From an uncultured Psychroserpens sp. (GTDB taxonomy: Bacteria > Bacteroidota > Bacteroidia > Flavobacteriales > Flavobacteriaceae): 64,000 bases of DNA. The notes beneath the pieces were generated by a model. It was not told where the DNA came from. It ran no database searches and was given only the letters and a program-made list of their open reading frames with translations. Below are positions 1 to 8,596 of the stretch, in pieces. A program made the translations under genes and the position numbers. The first letter of the stretch is position 1, and the number at the start of each line of letters is the position of its first letter. The stretch lies in assembly GCF_947501425.1 (NCBI RefSeq), contig NZ_CANMVN010000007.1, positions 98,197 to 162,196 of the forward strand, read 5' to 3'.

Positions 1-1
1 T

Positions 2-715
2 CTGAATCAATTCTGAAATAGGATCTACTTTAGAGTCTTCGATATAAAAATGCACGATATAGGTTAATTTTATAGCATTAGCCACGTAGTTTTTATTAAA
101 TCTTTCTATATAACTTGAGTGTAATTGAGGATCTGCAAAACGATTAATATCCCAGTTGGAAATATCTGCATTATGAAAACCAAACTGTTGGTTCCAAATA
201 CCATTCTCTACCGAAAATTGCCTAGCTATGTCTAATGTCGCAAATTTGATGCCTTTGGACTCTAAATACGATTTATAAGTAACACAAATTTGAATGTCTT
301 CCGGATGATGTTCTTTAATGTGTTGATCATTTGCCAACAACTTCAACAACTTTTTAGATCTCAAGCTAAATCCACCATTTCCAATTCCCCAATTGCATGG
401 AGCTCCAATATAGTCGTAATTAAGAAAATCACTTGTCCATGCCTGAGGATTAAGAACATAACCATCAAATTGTATGATTAGAACAAACTCCGTTTCAATA
501 TATTTATGTAATTCCTCAATCACAAATTGACTATAAGCTTCTATAGAATCAATTTTAGGAATCTTAACAACACTTTCATGTTTTGAATCAAGATGGGATA
601 ATAATTTAACCGACTTAAAATTAATTTCCTTTTGTGAAATCTGAGAGGCATAAATAAGTCTATCAATATTTACGCAATCTATTCCTAATAAGGTAACATT
701 ATCTAAATTAATCAT
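2..715 (-). CDS. DUF5672-like putative glycosyltransferase fused to a second (GT2-like?) domain; 3'-truncated by window edge
   Basis: Not in the ORF track. Hand translation from ATG at 715 (6 nt after the GT9 stop) is open for 238 codons to the window edge: MINLDNVTLLGIDCVN...IIQFDGYVLNPQAWTSDFLNYDYIGAPCNWGIGNGGFSLRSKKLL...PED...FSVE...FGFH. A new domain appears to begin at KLTYIVHFYIED. Confidence 0.8.
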   Translation of the reverse strand, partial: MINLDNVTLLGIDCVNIDRLIYASQISQKEINFKSVKLLSHLDSKHESVVKIPKIDSIEAYSQFVIEELHKYIETEFVLIIQFDGYVLNPQAWTSDFLNYDYIGAPCNWGIGNGGFSLRSKKLLKLLANDQHIKEHHPEDIQICVTYKSYLESKGIKFATLDIARQFSVENGIWNQQFGFHNADISNWDINRFADPQLHSSYIERFNKNYVANAIKLTYIVHFYIEDSKVDPISELIQ

Positions 716-721
716 GGAATA

Positions 722-1894
722 TTAACTTTTAACCTTAGAAATAAACTCAGGAATAGCGGCAAAAAGATGTAATTGAAGCATGGCATCAAATACAGATTTG
801 AACTGTGATGGCATGTGCTTAATATCGAAAGGTATTTGCTTAACGTGATCTAACATAAACGTTCTACTGTCTAGGTCACTTATCTCAATGAGGTATTCGT
901 TTTCATGACTTTTAAAAATAAAACTATCGTCTTCAATATGAATTTGATAATCTGGGTTTAACATATACATATTGGAAGTCTCATTTAAAATCCGATTTAG
1001 AAGTTTCATTAAATAAAACATCATTTTAGACGGCTTCACATTATTAAGACAAACTCTATCCTCGCAGTTTAGAATGACATTGTAGTTGCATCGTAAAGAA
1101 CAATTACCTCGTTTTCCCCAGATAAGTTCCACATGTTCAGAGAAAGCTCCCCAAGAACCAGGACCTGTTGGTCCATAAATGGTCAAAATTGGAATATTAA
1201 AAGCTCCAGCTAAATGCGTGATTCCTGCATCATTCCCTATATGAAATTGTGCTCCAGAAACTGCTAAGGCCACCTCATCAATATCACCTGTAACTAATTC
1301 ATAATTCAAATTAGAGGTTTTAAAATGTGGCTCTGGATTAGGATCATTGGGACCAATAATGATCTTAGCTTTAAGATATGGATAACATTCGTTTATAAGT
1401 TCAATGAGCTCTGCATAGTAGTCAATTGGCCATGCTTTTAATAAAAACCCAGCACCTGGATGAATTGTGTAATACAACTCAGAGGCTTCAACTTTATCAA
1501 AATAAGGATACCTCTCGTTAGTTTTTTTTATATGAGGAAACTCTGCTACGATACCATCTTTATAATGCTCAATAGAATGCTGCTTGACTTTTTTATGTGT
1601 ATGATAAACTATTTGTGGTCGTTTCTCAAGGTCATTATTGAACCTTGGATAATTACCTAATTCTATAACTGTATCGTAATTAGATTCATCAACAGAATTT
1701 TCATCAATAACTGAAATACCTTTTAAATGAGTTTGAAATAAGTTGACCAAACGCGGTTGTGTAGCAAAAGTAATTGTCTTAAACTGCTGTTTCAACATGT
1801 ATATTGATGGCAAGGTAAAGAAAATATCACCTATACCACCATAACTTTTATAGACAAGTATCGAATCTGCTACAGCACTTTTTTCAGTGTTCAT
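722..1894 (-). CDS. Glycosyltransferase family 9 (heptosyltransferase-like) with ~80 aa C-terminal extension
   Basis: GGIGDIFFTLP, HPGAG..KAWP..Y and IGNDAGITHLAGAFNIPILTIYGPT motifs; Cys cluster C265/C269/C277/C282; no signal peptide. Confidence 0.85.
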   Translation of the reverse strand: MNTEKSAVADSILVYKSYGGIGDIFFTLPSIYMLKQQFKTITFATQPRLVNLFQTHLKGISVIDENSVDESNYDTVIELGNYPRFNNDLEKRPQIVYHTHKKVKQHSIEHYKDGIVAEFPHIKKTNERYPYFDKVEASELYYTIHPGAGFLLKAWPIDYYAELIELINECYPYLKAKIIIGPNDPNPEPHFKTSNLNYELVTGDIDEVALAVSGAQFHIGNDAGITHLAGAFNIPILTIYGPTGPGSWGAFSEHVELIWGKRGNCSLRCNYNVILNCEDRVCLNNVKPSKMMFYLMKLLNRILNETSNMYMLNPDYQIHIEDDSFIFKSHENEYLIEISDLDSRTFMLDHVKQIPFDIKHMPSQFKSVFDAMLQLHLFAAIPEFISKVKS

Positions 1895-2052
1895 TTTTAT
1901 TGCTTTTTATCATTCATAGAATGGTGACAGTTTAATACATACGGCCATAACTAAAAGTGTTTTTCAAATTACACTTGACAGCATAACTTAAAAAACACCT
2001 TGTATCTCGAATTTTATATTGTATCGCTAACTCAAGTTATTGACTGCTCATA

Positions 2053-2322
2053 CTAATAACCATCGTCATAGTAGCCATCATCGTAGTAACCATCATCGTA
2101 ATATCCGTCATCATAGTAACCATCATCATAGTAACCATCATCGTAATATCCATCATCATAGTACCCATCGTCGTAATATCCGTCATCATAATAGCCATCA
2201 TTAAACATTGAATCGTCGTCAGAATCTGTAGAACAAGATGTTACAGAGATTCCAACAATACTAGCAACAGACGTTATTAATAGCGTCTGACCTGCTTTTT
2301 TTATAAAGTTCCTTCTTTTCAT
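2053..2322 (-). CDS. Twin-arginine/lipobox-leader peptide with ten (D/N)DGYY repeats; putative precursor or surface lipopeptide
   Basis: KRRNFIK motif, hydrophobic stretch, VTS-C30 lipobox, acidic STDSDDD, then NDGYY-(DDGYY)8-DDGY. Synonymous codon variation within the repeats and a dedicated -7 promoter motif support a real gene. Confidence 0.85.
   Translation of the reverse strand: MKRRNFIKKAGQTLLITSVASIVGISVTSCSTDSDDDSMFNDGYYDDGYYDDGYYDDGYYDDGYYDDGYYDDGYYDDGYYDDGYYDDGY
2056..2202 (-). repeat. 15-bp coding tandem repeat, ~10 units
   Basis: Units of the form GAY GAY GGN TAY TAY. All four Gly codons and both Asp and Tyr codons are used; only units 5=6 and 2=7 are identical at the DNA level. 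Confidence 0.97.
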
Positions 2323-2346
2323 ACCTTTATAAATAATGGTTCAAAA

Positions 2347-2354
2347 CAAAAATA
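2347..2354 (-). promoter_or_regulatory. Bacteroidota -7 promoter element (TATTTTTG) for the repeat-peptide gene
   Basis: Matches TAnnTTTG, 24 nt upstream of the ATG at 2322, with a TTG 18 nt further upstream. Confidence 0.6.
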
Positions 2355-2383
2355 GCATTTTTTAAATAGTAACAATAAAATAA

Positions 2384-3424
2384 TTACATTTTATCTTGAT
2401 GCTTTGCGTAATCTCGCCATTTTTCGATACACTGCTGCATATCGTCTGGGATAGGTGAATCAAAACTTAACTGTTCTCTTGTTACTGGGTGTTTAAATCC
2501 GAGGGTCTTAGCGTGTAATGCTTGTCGTGGTAAAATCTTAAAACAATTATCTACAAACTGCTTGTATTTTGAGAACGTAGTCCCTTTTAAAATACGCTCA
2601 CCTCCATAGCGCTCATCGTTAAAAAGTGTATGACCAATATGTTTCATGTGTACACGTATCTGATGTGTACGACCTGTTTCGAGCTTACAGGATACCAAAG
2701 TGACATAACCCAAACGTTCAATCACCTTATAGTGTGTTACAGCAGGTTTACCCTTGTCCTGATCATCACCTTCAAAAACAGTATTCTGTAATCTATTCTT
2801 TGGATGCCTACCAATGTGACCTTCAATAGTACCTTCATCTTCAGAAACATTTCCCCAAACTAATGCTACGTATTCTCTCTCACTAGTTTTATTAAAAAAC
2901 TGTTTAGACAGGTGAGTCATAGCTTGTTCGGTTTTAGCAATAACAAGTAATCCGCTAGTATCTTTATCAATTCGATGTACCAAACCAGGTCGCTCGCTGG
3001 AGTTATTAGGTAAATTTTCAAAATGAAATACCAAAGCATTGATTAAGGTGCCCGAATAATTCCCATGACCAGGATGTACAACCATACCAGCAGGTTTATT
3101 GATAACTAAAAGTGCATCATCTTCATAAACGATATTTAATGGAATATCTTCAGGTGTCAACAAGTATTCATAAGGCGGATGCTCAAATAACACACGAATC
3201 TTGTCAAAAGGTTTGACTTTATAATTCTGTTTGACCTGCACATCATTGACATAAATACTTCCTTCTTTTGCTGCCGTTTGTATCTTATTACGTGTGGCAT
3301 TCTCAATACGATTCATTAGGTATTTATCAATACGAAGTGGTGCCTGACCTTTATCTACTGTAAAAGCATGGTGCTCGAATAACTCATCGTCATTCTGATC
3401 TCCTGATGTATGTTCTGTGGTCAT
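2384..3424 (-). CDS. rluD: RluA/RluD family 23S rRNA pseudouridine synthase
   Basis: S4 domain (RIDKYL), NKPAGMVVHP, VHRIDKDTSGLL catalytic motif, LETGRTHQIRVH. Confidence 0.92.
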   Translation of the reverse strand: MTTEHTSGDQNDDELFEHHAFTVDKGQAPLRIDKYLMNRIENATRNKIQTAAKEGSIYVNDVQVKQNYKVKPFDKIRVLFEHPPYEYLLTPEDIPLNIVYEDDALLVINKPAGMVVHPGHGNYSGTLINALVFHFENLPNNSSERPGLVHRIDKDTSGLLVIAKTEQAMTHLSKQFFNKTSEREYVALVWGNVSEDEGTIEGHIGRHPKNRLQNTVFEGDDQDKGKPAVTHYKVIERLGYVTLVSCKLETGRTHQIRVHMKHIGHTLFNDERYGGERILKGTTFSKYKQFVDNCFKILPRQALHAKTLGFKHPVTREQLSFDSPIPDDMQQCIEKWRDYAKHQDKM

Positions 3425-3428
3425 TTTT

Positions 3429-3989
3429 TTAGTTCGATCCTCGTTTTCCGTTTCCTAAAACAACATCGATTTTTGAAGTTAATGGGAGTAATACGCCTGC
3501 TTTAATCGTTTTACCTTTGTGTTTGATAGCAATGACTTCTTCTTTTCCTATATCATCTACATAAGTCACATCTCCAACAACAAATCCTAAAGTTTCCAAT
3601 GTTGGTTTTGCCTGTCGAAATGTTCTTCGTACAATATTTGGCACAGCAACTTTACGATAGCCCGATGGGTTTAAGGTGAGGTATATTTTTCGATTTTCTT
3701 TGACCTGAGTTCCTGCTTTTGGATACTGTTCTATTACAGAATATTTTGGATATTTCGGATTGTAATTGGCTGAGTCCTGAATTTCCATAACCAAATCATT
3801 ATCGTCCAATTCAATCTGAACAGTTTCTAATGTTTTTCCTTTGAGGTTAGGCACTTTGATAAACTCACCATGATTAGTTGTACTATTTAACCATTGCATG
3901 GTGAAAAAAATGATGAGCACTAACGCAACAGCAGCTAATGCTAGCTGTTTGAAAAATGTTTTGCTTTTAAGAAACTGTACGAGGCTCAT
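3429..3989 (-). CDS. PASTA domain-containing protein
   Basis: N-terminal TM helix, then two PASTA-like repeats (VPNLKGKT..., VIEQYPKAGTQVK; VPNIV). Confidence 0.85.
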   Translation of the reverse strand: MSLVQFLKSKTFFKQLALAAVALVLIIFFTMQWLNSTTNHGEFIKVPNLKGKTLETVQIELDDNDLVMEIQDSANYNPKYPKYSVIEQYPKAGTQVKENRKIYLTLNPSGYRKVAVPNIVRRTFRQAKPTLETLGFVVGDVTYVDDIGKEEVIAIKHKGKTIKAGVLLPLTSKIDVVLGNGKRGSN

Positions 3990-4009
3990 GTTATAAATTT
4001 ATACTGCGA

Positions 4010-4017
4010 CAAATATA
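4010..4017 (-). promoter_or_regulatory. -7 element (TATATTTG) for the PASTA-rluD transcript
   Basis: TAnnTTTG consensus 20 nt upstream of the ATG at 3989. Confidence 0.6.
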
Positions 4018-4134
4018 TAAAAACGAAAGCGTTTTTTTTATGGGTTTATTTGGTATTTTAGCTTAACTGATAATGAGCAACTATATTGCTTAACAATCTA
4101 ATTAAAACAGGATACTATCTTTTCGGTAAAAATT

Positions 4135-5109
4135 ATGAAAAAAAATATTGCCATCATTATGGGAGGTTTTTCTAGTGAATATGAAATTTCTCTTAAAAGC
4201 GGACAAGTAGTTTATGATACTTTAGACAAGTCTAAGTATACCCCCTACCGCATACAGATATTCAAAGACAAATGGGTTTTTGTTAATGAACAGAACGATG
4301 AGTTTCCTGTTGATAAAAATGATTTTTCCATCAGAGTAAATGGTACTAAGGTAAGTTTTGACTGTGTGTTTAATGCCATTCATGGATCACCTGGCGAAGA
4401 TGGTATGATGCAAGGATATTTTGAATTGCTTAATATACCTCATACGAGTTGTAATATGTATCAGGCAGCGCTTACCTTCAACAAAAGAGACTGCTTGAGT
4501 GCCTTAAAGCCTTATGGAATTAAAACTGCCGAATCTTATTTTTTAAATCTTGGAGATGATATAAATGAAGATGCTATTGTAGATAAAGTTGGCTTACCTT
4601 GTTTTGTAAAAGCCAATAGAGCTGGAAGTAGTTTTGGAATTAGTAAAGTCTATAAGAAAGAAAATCTCAAAACGGCAATTAACGATTCTTTTAAAGAAGA
4701 TGATGAAATTATAATTGAATCTTTTTTAGATGGCACTGAAGTATCTGTAGGTGTGATTACTTACAACGGACAGGTTAAGGTGTTACCAATTACTGAAATC
4801 GTCACAGACAATGATTTCTTTGATTACAAAGCAAAATATCTAGGAGAATCCCAAGAAATAACTCCAGCAAGAATTGATGACAACCAAGCTGAAAAAGTTA
4901 GAATTATTGCCAAAAAAGTCTATGAAGTACTCCGTTTAAAAGGATTTAGCCGAAGTGAATACATTTTTAAAGATGGTGAACCTCATCTTCTTGAAGTCAA
5001 TACTGTCCCTGGCTTAACCACTGCTAGTATTTTACCACAACAAGCTGCACAAGCAGGCATTAGTCTGAGTGAATTGTTTGAAAATGCTATTGAAGAAGCA
5101 CTCCAATAA
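4135..5109 (+). CDS. ddl: D-alanine--D-alanine ligase
   Basis: IMGGFSSEYEISLKSG, AIHGSPGEDG, GSSFGISKV, FDYKAKY, LEVNTVPGLT. Confidence 0.96.
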   Translation: MKKNIAIIMGGFSSEYEISLKSGQVVYDTLDKSKYTPYRIQIFKDKWVFVNEQNDEFPVDKNDFSIRVNGTKVSFDCVFNAIHGSPGEDGMMQGYFELLNIPHTSCNMYQAALTFNKRDCLSALKPYGIKTAESYFLNLGDDINEDAIVDKVGLPCFVKANRAGSSFGISKVYKKENLKTAINDSFKEDDEIIIESFLDGTEVSVGVITYNGQVKVLPITEIVTDNDFFDYKAKYLGESQEITPARIDDNQAEKVRIIAKKVYEVLRLKGFSRSEYIFKDGEPHLLEVNTVPGLTTASILPQQAAQAGISLSELFENAIEEALQ

Positions 5110-5116
5110 TATTAAG

Positions 5117-5124
5117 TATCTTTG
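5117..5124 (+). promoter_or_regulatory. -7 element (TATCTTTG) for coaD
   Basis: TAnnTTTG consensus 37 nt upstream of the coaD ATG. Confidence 0.6.
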
Positions 5125-5161
5125 AATACGTAACTAACAAACCTGGTTTTACACTCCAACT

Positions 5162-5617
5162 ATGAAACGAGCAATCTTTCCTGGATCTTTTGATCCTATA
5201 ACCTTAGGCCATTACGATATTATTGAACGTAGCGTGAAACTTTTTGACGAAGTTATTGTAGCTATAGGTATCAATGCAGATAAAAAGTATATGTTCTCAA
5301 TAGAAGAACGTCAGCAATTTATCGAAGATGCGTTTAAAGATGAACCTAAAGTAAAAGTGGTTACTTACAAAGGACTGACTGTTGATTTTTGTAAAAAAAA
5401 TAATGTAGAATTTATTTTAAGAGGCTTACGAAATCCTGCCGATTTTGAGTTTGAAAAGGCTATTGCACATACCAACAGAGATTTGGCTCCTATAGAAACG
5501 GTATTTCTATTAACTGCAGCTAGCACGTCATACATTTCGTCTTCAATTGTGAGAGATGTGATTAGGAATGATGGCGATTACACCAAATTGGTTCCTAAAA
5601 GTGTGAGAGTTAAATAA
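5162..5617 (+). CDS. coaD: Phosphopantetheine adenylyltransferase
   Basis: AIFPGSFDPITLGHYDII, RGLRNPADFEFE, ISSSIVR. Confidence 0.97.
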   Translation: MKRAIFPGSFDPITLGHYDIIERSVKLFDEVIVAIGINADKKYMFSIEERQQFIEDAFKDEPKVKVVTYKGLTVDFCKKNNVEFILRGLRNPADFEFEKAIAHTNRDLAPIETVFLLTAASTSYISSSIVRDVIRNDGDYTKLVPKSVRVK

Positions 5618-6260
5618 GATTATTGCGTTTTGCTTTTTGTACCGCTTCAAGCTTACTATGCACTTGTAGTTTTTTGTAAATGTTTTCGATGTGCTTTCTA
5701 ACTGTACCTTTTGAAAGAATCAAGTTATCAGCAATTTGAATGTAATTGAGTCCTTTACTCAAATGTTCTAAAACTTCAGTTTCACGATTTGTTAATTTAA
5801 TATCTTCTTTATCTTTTTCATTTTCTATACTCAACGGGTTGCGAAGTAACTTCAAAGTTTTTAGCGCTATTGAGGGATTCATCGCTGCGCCTCCATTGAG
5901 TGTCTCTAAAATACCATCGTGTAAATCTTTCGCATTAATTTCTTTGAGTAAATAACCATCTGCTCCAGCTTTTATTGCATTAAAAATATGCTCATCGTTA
6001 TCAAACACAGTAAGCATAATAATCTTAATATGTGGATATTTTTGTTTGACTATTTCAGTAGTTTCAATACCATTAAGTACTGGCATTTCTATATCCATTA
6101 AGATCAAATCCAAATGATGATTATCTTCTAATTTAATCATTAAATCAGACCCATTCATTGCAGTAAATTTCAAATTGAACTCATCAAAAAAAGATAGTTT
6201 TTCCTTAATGGTATTTATTAAAAAGGTATTGTCATCTACAATGGCTATCTTAATACTCAT
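5610..6260 (-). CDS. NarL/LuxR family response regulator
   Basis: Receiver domain (IVDD, LMDIEMP, GYLLK) plus LuxR HTH (LTNRETEVL...TVRKHIENIYKKL). Confidence 0.93.
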   Translation of the reverse strand: MSIKIAIVDDNTFLINTIKEKLSFFDEFNLKFTAMNGSDLMIKLEDNHHLDLILMDIEMPVLNGIETTEIVKQKYPHIKIIMLTVFDNDEHIFNAIKAGADGYLLKEINAKDLHDGILETLNGGAAMNPSIALKTLKLLRNPLSIENEKDKEDIKLTNRETEVLEHLSKGLNYIQIADNLILSKGTVRKHIENIYKKLQVHSKLEAVQKAKRNNLI

Positions 6261-6328
6261 ATCATTTATATTTTGATTTAGAAAGTTACAATTTCAGCAA
6301 TAAAGAAACGATACGCTTTATGACGTAT

Positions 6329-8275
6329 TTAATCAATTCTTATCTTTAAAGACATCTGTGTTCCTGCATTTATTTCAGAATTCAGTTCAATCTCTGCGCC
6401 TATATCATGAGCACGTTTTTTTATATTATTTAGACCGTTTCCTAACTCGACTTTAGTCATATCAAATCCTTTACCATCGTCGCTGACAGAAGCGTATACA
6501 AAACCCTCTCTTATGTCAAAGTCTACGGAAATATGCTTTCCTTCAGAATATTTAATTGCATTATTGATACTTTCCTGAATGATACGATAGATATTCATTC
6601 CTTCAACAGAGGTGAATTTTAAGTGTTCCACTTTTGAAGAATTAGAATTAAACTTAAAACTCATATCATCTGAGGCTAAATTTGCTTTTTCAACGAAATT
6701 AGATATTCTGGATTTAAGATCTTCAACTGATATTTCGGTTTTGTTCATGGCCCAAATCGTATCCCGCAATTCATAAATAGTTGATGTTGTGAACTGACTT
6801 ATTGTATTGAGTTTTGTATTCAATTTATCATCCTTGATATCAAAACCATATTTCAAATTATCAATAGAGGAAATAATGAAAGTCAGTTGGGCTCCAATAT
6901 TGTCGTGTAGATCTCTGCTAATTCTGAGTCGTTGTTCCTGCAAACGATTTTGAGTTTCTATTTTTAAGAGCGCGTCCTTGAGTTCATTTTCCTTAAGGAG
7001 TTGATTATTTTTGAGTTTTTGCTGATTATAGAACAAAAAACCCAAAAGTCCTAATAGTAAAGCAAATCCTATTGAACCATATAGCTGATAATTTTGTTTC
7101 TGGATGGTTAATTCTTGCTCAGCAATTTCAGCTCTTTGAACTAAAATTTCACGTTCTTTTTTTTCAGTTTCATATTTAATTTCAAAATCTGCAATAGCAT
7201 CAGCATTGTTTTTAGAAAAAACAGAGTCTTTCAATGTGAGAAAGTTTTGTCTATGCATTCTTGCTTTTGAAAAATTATTAAGCATGTAATGACTCTCTGC
7301 ACAGGTTAAATGTAAGTCGGCAGAAATAAGCTCAATTTCGGGATAGAGTTTTACCAATTCAAAGCCTTTTTTGGCATAGTTTAAAGCTACTTGAGGTTGG
7401 TTCATTTCGTTATATAATGCTGAAATATTATTTAGTGTTATTAATTCTGATTTTTGTTCAGAATCATAGTCCTCTGGTTTGCTCAAAGCTTTGAGGTAGG
7501 TTTGAAGTGCTAAATTAAGATTCCCATTTTCATTATAGGCATTACCAAGATTATCGAGTAGTTTATAATATTCGATCAAATTATTTTTTCGTTTAGCCAG
7601 ATCAATTCCTTTTTTATAAATCAAAATTGCCTCGTCTGTTCTCCCAAGATCTTTAAGATTAATTCCAATATTATTTAAGGATGTAATTTGTTCATTTTGC
7701 ATATCATATTTCTCTCTAATTACGAGAGATCGCTTATGATACTCCAATGCTTTTTCACTAAAATTCATTTCTTGATAAATAAGACCAATATTATTTAAAG
7801 ATACTGATGTAGACTTTTCATCACCTTTTTCCTCGTTCATTTTTAGAGCTTCAAAAAAATACTTCAATGCCTCATCATAATTAGCCCTGTTCCAATGATA
7901 CATCCCCAAATTATTAACACACATAGACTCTATGATATCAAATTTATAATCACGACTCATTTTGAGTGCCTTTTTAAAATAATATCCTGCAGAATCAGAT
8001 TTACCAGTAACATCCATATAAATACCATGTGTATTAGTAAGTTCTGTTAATCCAAAATTAAATTGGGCTGCTTTAGCTAATGTTTTACCTTCATTAATCA
8101 CCTCTATTGCCTTCTTAGTATCATTAAAAATATAGCTGAATGCTATTTTATTTAACATCCTGATTTTAGCAGAATCATTTTTTGTCTCTCTAGCAACAGT
8201 TAAAAGACTATCAAGATTTTGTGAGTAACTTACAGCATTTACGATGCACAAAAAAAATAAAAATGCAGGTCTCAT
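6329..8275 (-). CDS. TPR-repeat sensor histidine kinase (HisKA_3 type)
   Basis: Signal peptide, several TPR repeats (NNLG/NNIG), one TM helix, RISRDLHDNIG H-box, QESINNAIKYS / DDGKGF / GNGLNNIK ATPase boxes. Confidence 0.92.
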   Translation of the reverse strand: MRPAFLFFLCIVNAVSYSQNLDSLLTVARETKNDSAKIRMLNKIAFSYIFNDTKKAIEVINEGKTLAKAAQFNFGLTELTNTHGIYMDVTGKSDSAGYYFKKALKMSRDYKFDIIESMCVNNLGMYHWNRANYDEALKYFFEALKMNEEKGDEKSTSVSLNNIGLIYQEMNFSEKALEYHKRSLVIREKYDMQNEQITSLNNIGINLKDLGRTDEAILIYKKGIDLAKRKNNLIEYYKLLDNLGNAYNENGNLNLALQTYLKALSKPEDYDSEQKSELITLNNISALYNEMNQPQVALNYAKKGFELVKLYPEIELISADLHLTCAESHYMLNNFSKARMHRQNFLTLKDSVFSKNNADAIADFEIKYETEKKEREILVQRAEIAEQELTIQKQNYQLYGSIGFALLLGLLGFLFYNQQKLKNNQLLKENELKDALLKIETQNRLQEQRLRISRDLHDNIGAQLTFIISSIDNLKYGFDIKDDKLNTKLNTISQFTTSTIYELRDTIWAMNKTEISVEDLKSRISNFVEKANLASDDMSFKFNSNSSKVEHLKFTSVEGMNIYRIIQESINNAIKYSEGKHISVDFDIREGFVYASVSDDGKGFDMTKVELGNGLNNIKKRAHDIGAEIELNSEINAGTQMSLKIRID

Positions 8276-8596
8276 GTTAAAAAGGATTAATTAATAGCAT
8301 CTTCAAGATACTACTTTTCAGTAATATCATTAATTCGCAATAGATAAAGTAAATAGAATTTGTAGAGAAGCTTCTGAAAACAAACTTCACTTTAAGGCAT
8401 AAAAAAAGCATCAGATTTGATAGGCCTTTTTGGGACAACAAAATTAACTGACGCTCTTTTAAAAAATTGATTAATAGCAATGCGAATATAGAATTTAATG
8501 GTTATGATGTAAGTTTTTTTCGACAAGAAGCAATTAAAAAAGATTAAGCGTAATCTTATAAAAAATCACGCCTAATCATAATCTCAACAACAAGAT

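Noticed and set aside
722-1894. GT9 as an ordinary LPS core heptosyltransferase
   Set aside because: Not excluded, but down-weighted: it has an extra C-terminal domain, no other LPS-core genes are visible in the window, and it lies directly behind the repeat-peptide gene.
2056-2202. 15-bp tandem array as a CRISPR array or neutral VNTR
   Set aside because: No unique spacers and no cas genes; variation is almost entirely at synonymous positions, as expected for a coding repeat.
8431-8437. Third TGGGACA box
   Set aside because: Not followed by GTTGTTTT at 12 nt, so it does not match the twin ECF-type sites.
8277-8480. 67-aa minus-strand ORF upstream of the TPR kinase
   Set aside because: No recognisable motif, low-complexity Leu/Phe/Lys content; it likely spans the kinase's 5' untranslated region.
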